Translations under genes and position numbers: made by a program
In this document: piece by piece, positions 48,050-56,498 of the stretch
How the letters are laid out: every line of letters starts with the position of its first letter
Position numbering within the stretch: position 1 is the first letter of the stretch
Origin: Clostridia bacterium DTU068
GTDB taxonomy: Bacteria > Bacillota > DSM-12270 > Thermacetogeniales > Thermacetogeniaceae
Length of the DNA stretch: 57,004 nucleotides
Reading direction: 5' to 3'
NCBI GenBank assembly: GCA_001513545.1
Contig: LFTQ01000162.1
Span: 1 to 57,004, forward strand
Notes under the pieces: generated by a model
Database searches by the model: none
Told to the model about the DNA's origin: nothing
Seen by the model: the letters and a program-made list of their open reading frames with translations, nothing else

Positions 48050-49099
48050 TTGGTAATGGATGTTTTACGCTGGGAAAACCGGCAGCTTCTACTTCTTGAT
48101 CAGACCCTGCTTCCTCACCGAACAGAATATCTCACTTGTACCCATTATCGGGATGTTGCAGAGGCAATATCCCTTCTCCGAGTCAGGGGAGCACCTGCGA
48201 TCGGTGTAGCGGCAGCCTACGGTTATGCGCTGGCTGCCTTTAACTATCAGGAGGATAGAGGGGGATCACTGGAAGACTATCTAAAAAAGGCAACCCGGGA
48301 ACTGGGAGATACAAGATCAACAGCAGTGAATCTGCGCTGGGCACTGGAGCAGATGGACAGGGCTTACCGAACAGTGAAGGATAAACCTTTGGATGAAGTG
48401 AGAGAACATCTACTTGAAGCTGCCAGGGGAATACACATGGATGAGCTGAGGCTGGAAAAGAGGATAGCTGATTTTGGTTCATCCCTGATCCCTAAGAGAG
48501 CGCGCATCCTGACTTACTGTAACACCGGAGCTCTGGCCACAGCAGGTTGGGGCACCGCTTTAGGGATTGTGCGGACTGCCCATGATCAGGGGAAAGATAT
48601 AGAGGTTTATGTTTCAGAAACCCGGCCGGTTCTGCAGGGAGCACGCCTGACCGCATGGGAATTGCAGCAGGCGGGGATACCATACAAACTGATTACAGAT
48701 AATATGGCCGGTTATTTGTTTCGTCAGAATGAAGTGGATCTGGTACTCTTGGGAGCGGATCGCATCGCAGCCAATGGGGATTTCGCTAACAAAATCGGCA
48801 CCTATAATTTGGCTGTTCTGGCTAATTTCCATGACTGTCCCTTTTATGTGGCAGCACCCTCTTCTACTATCGACTTGAAGATTGATACAGGAGAAGAGAT
48901 CCCTATCGAAATGCGGGACCCTCAGGAGGTGCGTACGGTACGCGGCCATCTGATCACTATAGAAGGCTGCCCTGTGCTCAACCCCTCTTTTGATGTGACT
49001 CCTCATCAACTGGTTTCTGCATTTATCACTGAAAAGGGTGTTATCAAACCCCCATATGATCTGGTAAAAATCTTTGCTGAGGAAGGTGCAGACAGGTGA
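48050..49099 (+). CDS. mtnA: Methylthioribose-1-phosphate isomerase (eIF-2B alpha/beta/delta family)
   Basis: LLLLDQTLLP, VRGAPAIGVAAAYG, TYCNTGALAT, ETRP.LQGARLTAWEL and GADRIAANGD motifs. TTG 48050 or ATG 48056 follows AAGGAG. Confidence 0.85.
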   Translation: MVMDVLRWENRQLLLLDQTLLPHRTEYLTCTHYRDVAEAISLLRVRGAPAIGVAAAYGYALAAFNYQEDRGGSLEDYLKKATRELGDTRSTAVNLRWALEQMDRAYRTVKDKPLDEVREHLLEAARGIHMDELRLEKRIADFGSSLIPKRARILTYCNTGALATAGWGTALGIVRTAHDQGKDIEVYVSETRPVLQGARLTAWELQQAGIPYKLITDNMAGYLFRQNEVDLVLLGADRIAANGDFANKIGTYNLAVLANFHDCPFYVAAPSSTIDLKIDTGEEIPIEMRDPQEVRTVRGHLITIEGCPVLNPSFDVTPHQLVSAFITEKGVIKPPYDLVKIFAEEGADR

Positions 49100-49749
49100 T
49101 TATACCGGAAGAAAAAGTGTATGCGGTTTTGGATACCGGCAGGGAGATGGTGAGTTCAGGTCTAGTTGCCGGCACCTGGGGAAACATCAGTGTGCGCCTA
49201 TCTGATCAGACCCTTTTGATCACTCCCAGTGGTGTACCTTATACAGAACTTGAGGCAGATGATTTGGTTGTGGTCAACCTGGATGGGGAAGTGGTAAAGG
49301 GCAGGTTAAAACCCTCATCTGAAACCAGAATGCATACAGCCATCTATAGGCAGCGGCAGGATGTGATGGGTATTGTACATACACACAGCCCCTATGCCTC
49401 GGTTTTTGCTGTTACCCATAAGTGTCTTCCGCCTGTGATGGAGGAAATGGCCATGCTGTTGGGGGGAGCAGTACAGGTTGCCCCTTACCGGCCTGCAGGA
49501 AGCGCAGAGCTTGCTGCTGCAGCAGTGGAGGCACTGGCAGACCGGTCTGCTGTTTTTTTGGCCAACCACGGAGTGGTAGGGGTTGGGCCTTCCCTTGAGG
49601 AAGCCCTTTTGGTCTGCCGGATTGTGGAGAAGGGGGCACTTGTTTATCTGTTATCACAGCTGACAGGCACTCCCCAGCTGATTGAAGAAGATCAGGTGCG
49701 GGAACTGCGCAGGAATTATCTGGAGTATTATGGTCAAAGAAAGGTTTGA
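49096..49749 (+). CDS. Class II aldolase/adducin-family protein (Ald2 / MtnB / FucA-like)
   Basis: GTWGNISVR, ITPSG, PSSETRMHTAIY, HTHSPYA and LANHGVVGVG motifs. Confidence 0.8.
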   Translation: MIIPEEKVYAVLDTGREMVSSGLVAGTWGNISVRLSDQTLLITPSGVPYTELEADDLVVVNLDGEVVKGRLKPSSETRMHTAIYRQRQDVMGIVHTHSPYASVFAVTHKCLPPVMEEMAMLLGGAVQVAPYRPAGSAELAAAAVEALADRSAVFLANHGVVGVGPSLEEALLVCRIVEKGALVYLLSQLTGTPQLIEEDQVRELRRNYLEYYGQRKV

Positions 49750-49754
49750 TTGCA

Positions 49755-51050
49755 ATGAAAATCTTGATCAAAGGGTGTTATCTGCTGCAAGAGGGAGACA
49801 CTGATCTGTCACTTTGTGATGTTGCTATTCAGGGAAATCGCTTAATTCAGGTGGGGCAGGCTGGGAAATTACCAGCAGATTGGCAGCCTGACCGGGTAAT
49901 CGAAGGGAAGGATTTTCTATGTCTGCCCGGCTTTGTGAACTGCCATACCCATGCAGCGATGACCCTGCTCCGCAGTTATGCTGATGACCTTCCCCTGATG
50001 CACTGGTTGGAAAAGAAGATATGGCCGATGGAGGCCCGCTTGACCGAGGATGATGTTTACTGGGGGACTATGCTGGCTCTGTTGGAAATGATCCAATCAG
50101 GGACCACCACATTCTGTGATATGTATTTTTTCATGGACCGGGTGGCAGAAGCTGTTGAAGAAAGCGGTATGCGGGCTTGCCTTTCCCGCGGTTTGATCGG
50201 CACAGGTCCAGAAGCTGAATCAGGGTTGGACGAGAGCAGGGAATTCATAAAGAAATGGCAGGGAGCAGCAGATGGCAGAATAACGGTATGGCTTGGCCCT
50301 CATGCACCTTACACCTGCGCTCCCGATTACCTGGATAAGGTGCTGGCCCTGGCTCAGGATTACAGTGCAGGGCTTCATATTCACGTAGCTGAAACCAGAG
50401 ATGAAATAGCTCAGATTAAAGGCCTTTACGGGAAAACACCTGTGAAGTACTTATTTGACTGTGGGCTTTTTCAGTTTCCTACGATAGCAGCTCATTGTGT
50501 GCACCTGACCAGCAGGGATATTTGTATTCTGGCTGAGACAGGAGTTGCTGTTGCCCACAATCCGGAGAGCAATATGAAACTGGCCAGTGGTATCGCTCCC
50601 ATCCCTCAACTGCTGGCAGCAGGTGTGACAGTAGGGCTTGGGACCGATGGTGCGTCAAGCAACAATAACCTGGATATGCTGGAGGAGATGCGCACAGCAG
50701 CACTGCTCCATAAGGTCAATGAAGAGGATCCCATGGCTCTTCCTGCCCTTCAGGCATTGAAAATGGCTACCAGTGAAGGTGCCAGAGCTTTGAGGCTGGA
50801 GGAGGTAGGCTCTCTCAAGCCTGGTTACAAAGCAGATTTGATTTTGATCGATCTGAATAAACCCCATTTGTACCCCCGTCATAATCTGGCAGCCCATATG
50901 GTTTATGCTGCCCAGTCAGCTGATGTGGATACAGTGATTATCGATGGTCGTATAGTGATGGAGAATAAAAAGGTCTTGACCATAGATAGGGAGCGGGTTT
51001 TCCAAGAGGTTGAGGAGCGTGTTCAACGCCTGCTTTCTGAGGTGAAATGA
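49755..51050 (+). CDS. mtaD: 5-methylthioadenosine / S-adenosylhomocysteine deaminase (amidohydrolase MtaD)
   Basis: GFVNCHTHAAMTLLRSYADDLPLMHWL, HVAET and GTDGASSNNNLDM motifs. TTG 49746 is an alternative start. Confidence 0.8.
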   Translation: MKILIKGCYLLQEGDTDLSLCDVAIQGNRLIQVGQAGKLPADWQPDRVIEGKDFLCLPGFVNCHTHAAMTLLRSYADDLPLMHWLEKKIWPMEARLTEDDVYWGTMLALLEMIQSGTTTFCDMYFFMDRVAEAVEESGMRACLSRGLIGTGPEAESGLDESREFIKKWQGAADGRITVWLGPHAPYTCAPDYLDKVLALAQDYSAGLHIHVAETRDEIAQIKGLYGKTPVKYLFDCGLFQFPTIAAHCVHLTSRDICILAETGVAVAHNPESNMKLASGIAPIPQLLAAGVTVGLGTDGASSNNNLDMLEEMRTAALLHKVNEEDPMALPALQALKMATSEGARALRLEEVGSLKPGYKADLILIDLNKPHLYPRHNLAAHMVYAAQSADVDTVIIDGRIVMENKKVLTIDRERVFQEVEERVQRLLSEVK

Positions 51051-51055
51051 TCTGT

Positions 51056-51084
51056 TTGACAGCATGAGCAACATCAATTAAAAT
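51056..51084 (+). promoter_or_regulatory. Sigma-A type promoter upstream of ylxM-ffh
   Basis: TTGACA (51056-51061), 17 nt, TAAAAT (51079-51084). TGACAG/CTGTCA repeats flank it. Confidence 0.55.
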
Positions 51085-51093
51085 ACTGTCAAG

Positions 51094-51390
51094 GTGATTA
51101 CTTTGACAGACGGGAAGCAATTGATCCTGGGGAAATTTGAACGGATGGCTTTGCTGTCAGATTTTTATGGTAATTTGCTGACAGAAAGACAACAGGAAGT
51201 TATCAGGTTTTATTATGAGCAGGACCTGTCGCTCGGTGAAATTGCGGAACACCTCAAGATCAGCAGACAGGCAGTCCATGATATCCTCAAGCGGGCTGAA
51301 AGGGCCTTGGAGCACTATGAACAAAAGCTCAGACTTCTTGATAGTTTCCTGAAAGAGAAAGGTGTTTGTGACCCGCAGGAAGGGAGGTAG
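51094..51390 (+). CDS. ylxM: YlxM (UPF0122) putative helix-turn-helix protein
   Basis: LSDFYGNLLTERQQEVIRFYYEQDLSLGEIAEHLKISRQAVHD matches YlxM, and it lies immediately upstream of ffh. The start is uncertain: GTG 51094, TTG 51121 or ATG 51145. Confidence 0.8.
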   Translation: MITLTDGKQLILGKFERMALLSDFYGNLLTERQQEVIRFYYEQDLSLGEIAEHLKISRQAVHDILKRAERALEHYEQKLRLLDSFLKEKGVCDPQEGR

Positions 51391-51396
51391 GATTAT

Positions 51397-52749
51397 ATGT
51401 TTCAAGGCTTGGCAGAAAAGCTGCAGGAAACATTTAAGAAGCTGCGCGGAAAGGGAAAACTGACCGAAGCTGATCTCAATACAGCCCTGCGAGAGGTAAG
51501 ATTTGCTCTGCTGGAAGCTGATGTCAGCTTACCTGTTGTCAAAGAGTTTATCAAGCGTGTCCGGGAGCGCAGCCTGGGTGTAGAGGTTTTAGAAAGCCTT
51601 ACTCCAGCTCAACAGGTAATCAAGATCGTCAATGATGAACTTACAGCTTTGATGGGGGACACCAATACCAGTGTTAATTTCAGCAGTTCTGGGCCCACCG
51701 TCTTTATGCTGGTTGGGCTCCAGGGTGGGGGCAAAACCACTACTGCAGGAAAATTGGCTCTCTATTATAAAAAACAGGGGAAACAGCCCCTTTTGGTGGG
51801 AGCAGATGTTTATCGTCCTGCGGCTATCAAGCAGTTAGAGCTTTTAGCCAAGCAGATCTCTGTTTCCTTTTTTTCACTGGGTGAGGGGAGTTCACCTGTG
51901 GCTATTGCCAGGGATGCTGTTGAGTATTCCTTGAAGAACGGTAATGACCTGGTCATCATCGATACTGCAGGCAGACTGCATATTGACACAGAACTGATGG
52001 AAGAACTGCAGGAGATGAAAAGTGCTGTATCCCCTCATGAGCTTTTTCTTGTTGTTGATGCTATGACCGGCCAGGATGCTGTCAATATCGCCCAATCATT
52101 CCATGAGGAGTTGGGTTTGACTGGCTTGATACTGACCAAACTGGATGGTGACACCCGGGGTGGGGCAGCTATCTCAGTCAGACAGGTGACCGGTTGTCCC
52201 ATCAAATTTGCCGGTACGGGAGAGAAGTTGGATGCTCTGGATCCCTTCCACCCGGACAGAATGGCAGCCCGCATCCTGGGGATGGGTGATGTGTTAAGCC
52301 TGATCGAAAAGGCACAGGCCAGCTTCGACCTTGAAAAAGCAAAAGAACTGGAACAAAAGCTGCGCAAACAGGAGTTTACACTGGAGGATTTTTTAGAGCA
52401 GATCAAGCAGGTGCGTTCCATGGGGCCCTTGGATCAGGTGCTGGGAATGATCCCCGGATTGGGCGGAGCCAAGCAACTGCGTAAGCTCCAGGATGAGGTG
52501 GATGAAAAAGAATTTGTCTATATGGAGGCTATCATCAACTCTATGACGCCACAAGAGCGATGTGACCCGTCTATCATAGGTGGAAGCAGAAAGAAAAGGA
52601 TTGCCAAGGGAAGTGGAACTAGGGTTCAGGATGTGAACAGGTTATTGAAGAATTTTGAGCAGAGCCGCAAGCTCTTCAAACAGCTGAGTGAAATCAGCAC
52701 AGGCAAAAATACCCGCAAATTTAAATCTATAAAATTTCCTTTTATGTAA
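51397..52749 (+). CDS. ffh: Signal recognition particle protein Ffh
   Basis: GLQGGGKTTTAGKLA, DTAGRLH, TKLDGDTRGG and a Met-rich M domain. Confidence 0.95.
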   Translation: MFQGLAEKLQETFKKLRGKGKLTEADLNTALREVRFALLEADVSLPVVKEFIKRVRERSLGVEVLESLTPAQQVIKIVNDELTALMGDTNTSVNFSSSGPTVFMLVGLQGGGKTTTAGKLALYYKKQGKQPLLVGADVYRPAAIKQLELLAKQISVSFFSLGEGSSPVAIARDAVEYSLKNGNDLVIIDTAGRLHIDTELMEELQEMKSAVSPHELFLVVDAMTGQDAVNIAQSFHEELGLTGLILTKLDGDTRGGAAISVRQVTGCPIKFAGTGEKLDALDPFHPDRMAARILGMGDVLSLIEKAQASFDLEKAKELEQKLRKQEFTLEDFLEQIKQVRSMGPLDQVLGMIPGLGGAKQLRKLQDEVDEKEFVYMEAIINSMTPQERCDPSIIGGSRKKRIAKGSGTRVQDVNRLLKNFEQSRKLFKQLSEISTGKNTRKFKSIKFPFM

Positions 52750-52767
52750 AAGAGGAGGCTTTAAGAG

Positions 52768-53055
52768 TTGGCTACAAAAATACGTTTAAAAAGAGTTGGG
52801 GCAAAGAAAAAGCCGGCATACCGTGTTGTGGTTGCTGATTCCCGTTCTCCACGGGATGGACGTTTCATTGAAGAAATCGGTTACTACCAGCCGATCGCAG
52901 ACCCTGCTGTTATTAAAATAGATGAGGATAGGGCGCTATACTGGCTGTCGAGGGGTGCTCAGGCATCAGATACTGTACGTGCCCTGCTCAAAAAAACAGG
53001 TATTTGGGATAAGCGCAATACTTCTTCAGAGGCAAACGAAACAGGGGTCGAATAA
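52768..53055 (+). CDS. rpsP: 30S ribosomal protein S16
   Basis: [34 protein letters not shown] motif. TTG start after GAGGAGG. Confidence 0.95.
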   Translation: MATKIRLKRVGAKKKPAYRVVVADSRSPRDGRFIEEIGYYQPIADPAVIKIDEDRALYWLSRGAQASDTVRALLKKTGIWDKRNTSSEANETGVE

Positions 53056-53056
53056 G

Positions 53057-53296
53057 ATGGCACAGGTAAAGGGATTGATCAAGGTCCTGGCTGAGTCACT
53101 GGTGGAATACCCGGATCAGGTGGAAGTAAATGAGATCGAGGGAGAAAATGCCCTGATCGTGGAACTGAAGGTTGCCAGCAGTGATATAGGCAAAGTGATC
53201 GGTAAACAAGGGAAGATCGCCAGAGCTATCAGGGCATTGGCTAAAGCGAAAGGTAATAAAATAGGCAGGAAGGTAATTGTAGAAATTATTACTTGA
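53057..53296 (+). CDS. khpA: KH-domain RNA-binding protein KhpA (YlqC)
   Basis: LVEYPDQVEV...DIGKVIGKQGKIARAIR contains the GxxG KH motif. 79 aa; the ORF track extends to 52922. Confidence 0.85.
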   Translation: MAQVKGLIKVLAESLVEYPDQVEVNEIEGENALIVELKVASSDIGKVIGKQGKIARAIRALAKAKGNKIGRKVIVEIIT

Positions 53297-53325
53297 GCAG
53301 AGATGTCAAGAGTGGGGTATGCTGG

Positions 53326-53838
53326 GTGTCTGAGTACATTACTGTAGGAAAAATAACTGCACCTTATGGTGTGCAGGGAGCAGTAAAGGTAATCCCTCTC
53401 ACAGATTTCCCTGAGCGTTTTTCAGCAAAGAGGCACTACTTTCTCGTCAAGGAAAAGCTGAAGCGGGAGGTGGATGCCTGGGTGGTAGGCCGGAGGAAAA
53501 GGGAGTTAATTATAAAGATTGATGGTATTGATACTCCTGAGCAGGCCAGGGAATACCGGAATGCCCTACTGCAGGTTCCCCGGGAGGAGGTTTGGCCTCT
53601 GCCTGAAGGTCATTTTTATCACTTTCAGCTGATTGGGCTGCAGGTTAAAACTGAAGAAGGGACTGTCCTGGGGACCGTTGTGGATATACTAGAAACAGGA
53701 AGCAATGATGTTTATGTGCTCAAAGATGAGCAAGGAAAGGAATTTTTGATACCTGCCCTCAAAGAGGTTGTGAAGGGTATCCATCCGGAAGAGGGGTTGA
53801 TGCTGGTACGACCCCTGCCGGGTTTGCTGGAAGGGTGA
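53326..53838 (+). CDS. rimM: 16S rRNA processing protein RimM
   Basis: ITVGKITAPYGVQGAVKV start and a PRC barrel at the C-terminus. GTG 53326 is preferred. TTG 53293, which overlaps the khpA stop, is the alternative. Confidence 0.85.
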   Translation: MSEYITVGKITAPYGVQGAVKVIPLTDFPERFSAKRHYFLVKEKLKREVDAWVVGRRKRELIIKIDGIDTPEQAREYRNALLQVPREEVWPLPEGHFYHFQLIGLQVKTEEGTVLGTVVDILETGSNDVYVLKDEQGKEFLIPALKEVVKGIHPEEGLMLVRPLPGLLEG

Positions 53839-53842
53839 TATA

Positions 53843-54577
53843 ATGCTGATCAGGGTTTTGACTATTTTTCCGGAGATGTTTGCAGGAACCCTTCAGAACA
53901 GTATTCTGAAAAGGGCACAGGAACAGGGTTTATTGAATATTGAGTTGATCAATATCAGGGATTTTTCATCAGATAAACATAAAAAAGTGGATGATTACCC
54001 CTTCGGGGGTGGCGCAGGCATGGTAATGAAGCCGGACCCTTTTTTTGCTTGTTTTGATGCTCTGGATGTGACTGCAGAGGCTAGGGTGATCCTAATGACC
54101 CCTCAGGGGCAAACCCTAACCCAGAAAAAGGCGCGGGAACTCTCCCAGGAAAAGGAGATAATCCTCATCTGCGGACATTATGAAGGAATCGATGAGCGGG
54201 TAAAGGCTTTGGTTACTGATGAAATATCTCTGGGAGACTTCGTTTTAACAGGTGGAGAAATCGCTGCCATGGCAGTGATTGACTGTGTGGGACGTTTAAT
54301 ACCTGGTGTGGTCGGTGCGCCATCATCCCTGGAAGAGGAATCATTTAATATGGGACTGCTGGAGTACCCTCAGTATACCAGGCCGCGTACCTACAGGGGT
54401 TGGGATGTGCCAGAGGTGCTCCTTTCCGGAAATCACCAGGAGATCAAGCGCTGGAGACGTGCTCAGGCAATTACCAGAACTTTTTTTCGCAGACCTGACC
54501 TGCTGACTGATCTTCCCTGGGATGAAGATGACCGGAGGACCATTGACAAAATCCTAACTGCTGTATCTGATCAATGA
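53843..54577 (+). CDS. trmD: tRNA (guanine37-N1)-methyltransferase TrmD
   Basis: VLTIFPEMF, DDYPFGGGAGMVM, CGHYEGIDERV and SLGDFVLTGGE motifs. Confidence 0.95.
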   Translation: MLIRVLTIFPEMFAGTLQNSILKRAQEQGLLNIELINIRDFSSDKHKKVDDYPFGGGAGMVMKPDPFFACFDALDVTAEARVILMTPQGQTLTQKKARELSQEKEIILICGHYEGIDERVKALVTDEISLGDFVLTGGEIAAMAVIDCVGRLIPGVVGAPSSLEEESFNMGLLEYPQYTRPRTYRGWDVPEVLLSGNHQEIKRWRRAQAITRTFFRRPDLLTDLPWDEDDRRTIDKILTAVSDQ

Positions 54578-54606
54578 TTGTGATTTAATACTTCCTATGC
54601 TATAAT
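54578..54606 (+). promoter_or_regulatory. Sigma-A type promoter of rplS
   Basis: TTGTGA (54578-54583), 17 nt, TATAAT (54601-54606). A short AU-rich hairpin TTAAC-AAA-GTTAA plus a T6 run lies in the 50-nt leader. Confidence 0.55.
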
Positions 54607-54655
54607 GACGGCGATATTTTAACAAAGTTAAGTTTTTTGATAGGAGGCTAATCCT

Positions 54656-54997
54656 GTGGATACAATGAAGATGGTTGAGCAAGATTATTTAAAAAAGGAT
54701 ATTCCATCATTTCGCCCCGGTGATACTGTACGGGTTTATGTTAAAGTTGTAGAGGGTGGGCGTGAAAGAATTCAGGTTTTCGAAGGTACAGTCCTCCGAA
54801 GGCGTGGCAGTGGATTAAGTGAAACTTTTACAGTTAGAAGGGTTACTTATGGTGTTGGTGTAGAAAGGACATTTCTCGTTCATTCACCCCGTCTGGACAA
54901 GATAGAGGTGAAGAAAAGAGGAAGAGTTCGACGTGCCCGGCTTTACTACCTGAGGGATAGGGTAGGAAAAGCTGCACGGATTCGGGAACGGAAGTAG
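54656..54997 (+). CDS. rplS: 50S ribosomal protein L19
   Basis: [29 protein letters not shown]...RR motif. GTG start 8 nt after AGGAGG. Confidence 0.95.
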   Translation: MDTMKMVEQDYLKKDIPSFRPGDTVRVYVKVVEGGRERIQVFEGTVLRRRGSGLSETFTVRRVTYGVGVERTFLVHSPRLDKIEVKKRGRVRRARLYYLRDRVGKAARIRERK

Positions 54998-55006
54998 GTA
55001 GTTAAA

Positions 55007-55531
55007 TTGTCCCAGGAGCAAGAAAAATATAACCTATGGAAAGATATTTTACAAGCTGTTGTCCTGGCGATCATTTTAGCAACTGTGATTCGCGTTTGGC
55101 TGCTGGAACCCTTTTTTATTCCTTCTCCCTCTATGGAACCAACTTTATTCCCAGGGGACCGGATAATTGTCAATAAGATCGGTTATAAGTTTCGCGAACC
55201 GGAAAGAGGGGATGTGATCGTTTTTCACTACCCCCTGGATCCGGAAAGGGATTTTGTCAAACGTGTGATCGCTTTTGAGGGAGAAACCATTGAAATACGC
55301 AACAATTATGTTTATATCGATGGCCAGCGTTTGGAAGAACCCTATATACCAGATGTTGTTATTGGAGATTTTGAGCCGGTGCGGGTACCCAAGGGGCATT
55401 ATTTTGTGATGGGTGATAACCGGAACAACAGTGAAGACAGCAGGGAATGGGGTCCTTTAGACAAAGACTTACTGATAGGGAAAGCTATCTTTATATACTG
55501 GCCCTTCAGCCGGTTTGGTGCTATCGAGTGA
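55007..55531 (+). CDS. lepB: Signal peptidase I
   Basis: N-terminal TM helix, SPSMEPTL (catalytic Ser), KRVIA (Lys) and GDNRNNSEDSR motifs. Confidence 0.95.
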   Translation: MSQEQEKYNLWKDILQAVVLAIILATVIRVWLLEPFFIPSPSMEPTLFPGDRIIVNKIGYKFREPERGDVIVFHYPLDPERDFVKRVIAFEGETIEIRNNYVYIDGQRLEEPYIPDVVIGDFEPVRVPKGHYFVMGDNRNNSEDSREWGPLDKDLLIGKAIFIYWPFSRFGAIE

Positions 55532-55536
55532 GCATA

Positions 55537-56346
55537 ATGGAGAAGAGCGATTTTTTTAAAAATCTGAAAGTTGTCGATCTAATATTTGAAGTTGTTGATG
55601 CCCGCTGCCCATATACATCCCGCAGCACTCAGGTACAAACACTGATCAGGGGAAAAGAGTCAATACTTATTTTAAATAAAGTTGATTTAGCTGATCCTCT
55701 GGTAACCAGGAAATGGGTTGAGTTTTTTACAGCCAGAGGAGAAGAGGCCTTGCCTGTAAGCACCTTTTCGCGGGAGGGCTATGGTGCAGTAAAAAAGATT
55801 CTATCGCTGAAGGCAGCAGATCTCAATAAGGTGTTAAAAGAAAAAGGCCGCCGGAACAGGGATCTTCGGGTTGCGGTTTTAGGTATACCTAATACGGGAA
55901 AATCATCTTTTTTAAACAGTTTACTGGGGAAGCGTGCAGTGAAAAGTGGTGATCGACCAGGTGTCACCAGAGGACCCCAGTGGGTGCATCTTCGCGGTAG
56001 GATATCTGTTCTGGATACTCCGGGGCTCATGTTTCCACAGCTCGAAGATGAAGATGCCGTCTTTCGTTTGGTTTTTACCAGGGCAATAGATCCTGATCAA
56101 CAGGATATAATCCATTTGAGTGAGAAGTTACTGCAATTCTTAAATGAGCGGTATCCCAGTGCTCTAACAAACCTGGGACTGAGCAAAGGACAACCTCTCA
56201 CTCTGGAGAGTGTGGCAAAGGTAAAAAATTTTCTTTCCTCACAGGGTGGATATGATCTGCAGCGTGCTGCGGTTTTTATTTTTGCTGCAGGCAGGAAAGG
56301 CAAACTGGGACCTATATCGCTGGAAACACCTGATGACCTTCAATAA
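55537..56346 (+). CDS. rbgA: Ribosome biogenesis GTPase A (RbgA/YlqF), N-terminally short
   Basis: Circularly permuted GTPase: DARCP, NKVDL, then GIPNTGKSSFLNSL and DTPG. ATG 55537; the ORF-track extension overlaps lepB. Confidence 0.85.
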   Translation: MEKSDFFKNLKVVDLIFEVVDARCPYTSRSTQVQTLIRGKESILILNKVDLADPLVTRKWVEFFTARGEEALPVSTFSREGYGAVKKILSLKAADLNKVLKEKGRRNRDLRVAVLGIPNTGKSSFLNSLLGKRAVKSGDRPGVTRGPQWVHLRGRISVLDTPGLMFPQLEDEDAVFRLVFTRAIDPDQQDIIHLSEKLLQFLNERYPSALTNLGLSKGQPLTLESVAKVKNFLSSQGGYDLQRAAVFIFAAGRKGKLGPISLETPDDLQ

Positions 56347-56366
56347 ATGATCACTTTGATATTATA

Positions 56367-56398
56367 CGCCCTTATTTGTAAGAATAAGGGCGTTTATT
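56367..56398 (+). terminator. Probable intrinsic terminator after rbgA
   Basis: 10-bp stem CGCCCTTATT/AATAAGGGCG with a TGTAAG loop, followed by TTTATTACTTT. Confidence 0.65.
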
Positions 56399-56498
56399 AC
56401 TTTGGGCAGGAATTTTTTGTAGTAATAAGGAATTATACAAAGCAAGCCCGCATCAAATGAAAGATCAATTCTAAACTGCAGCCTGAGGATGATCCGAT

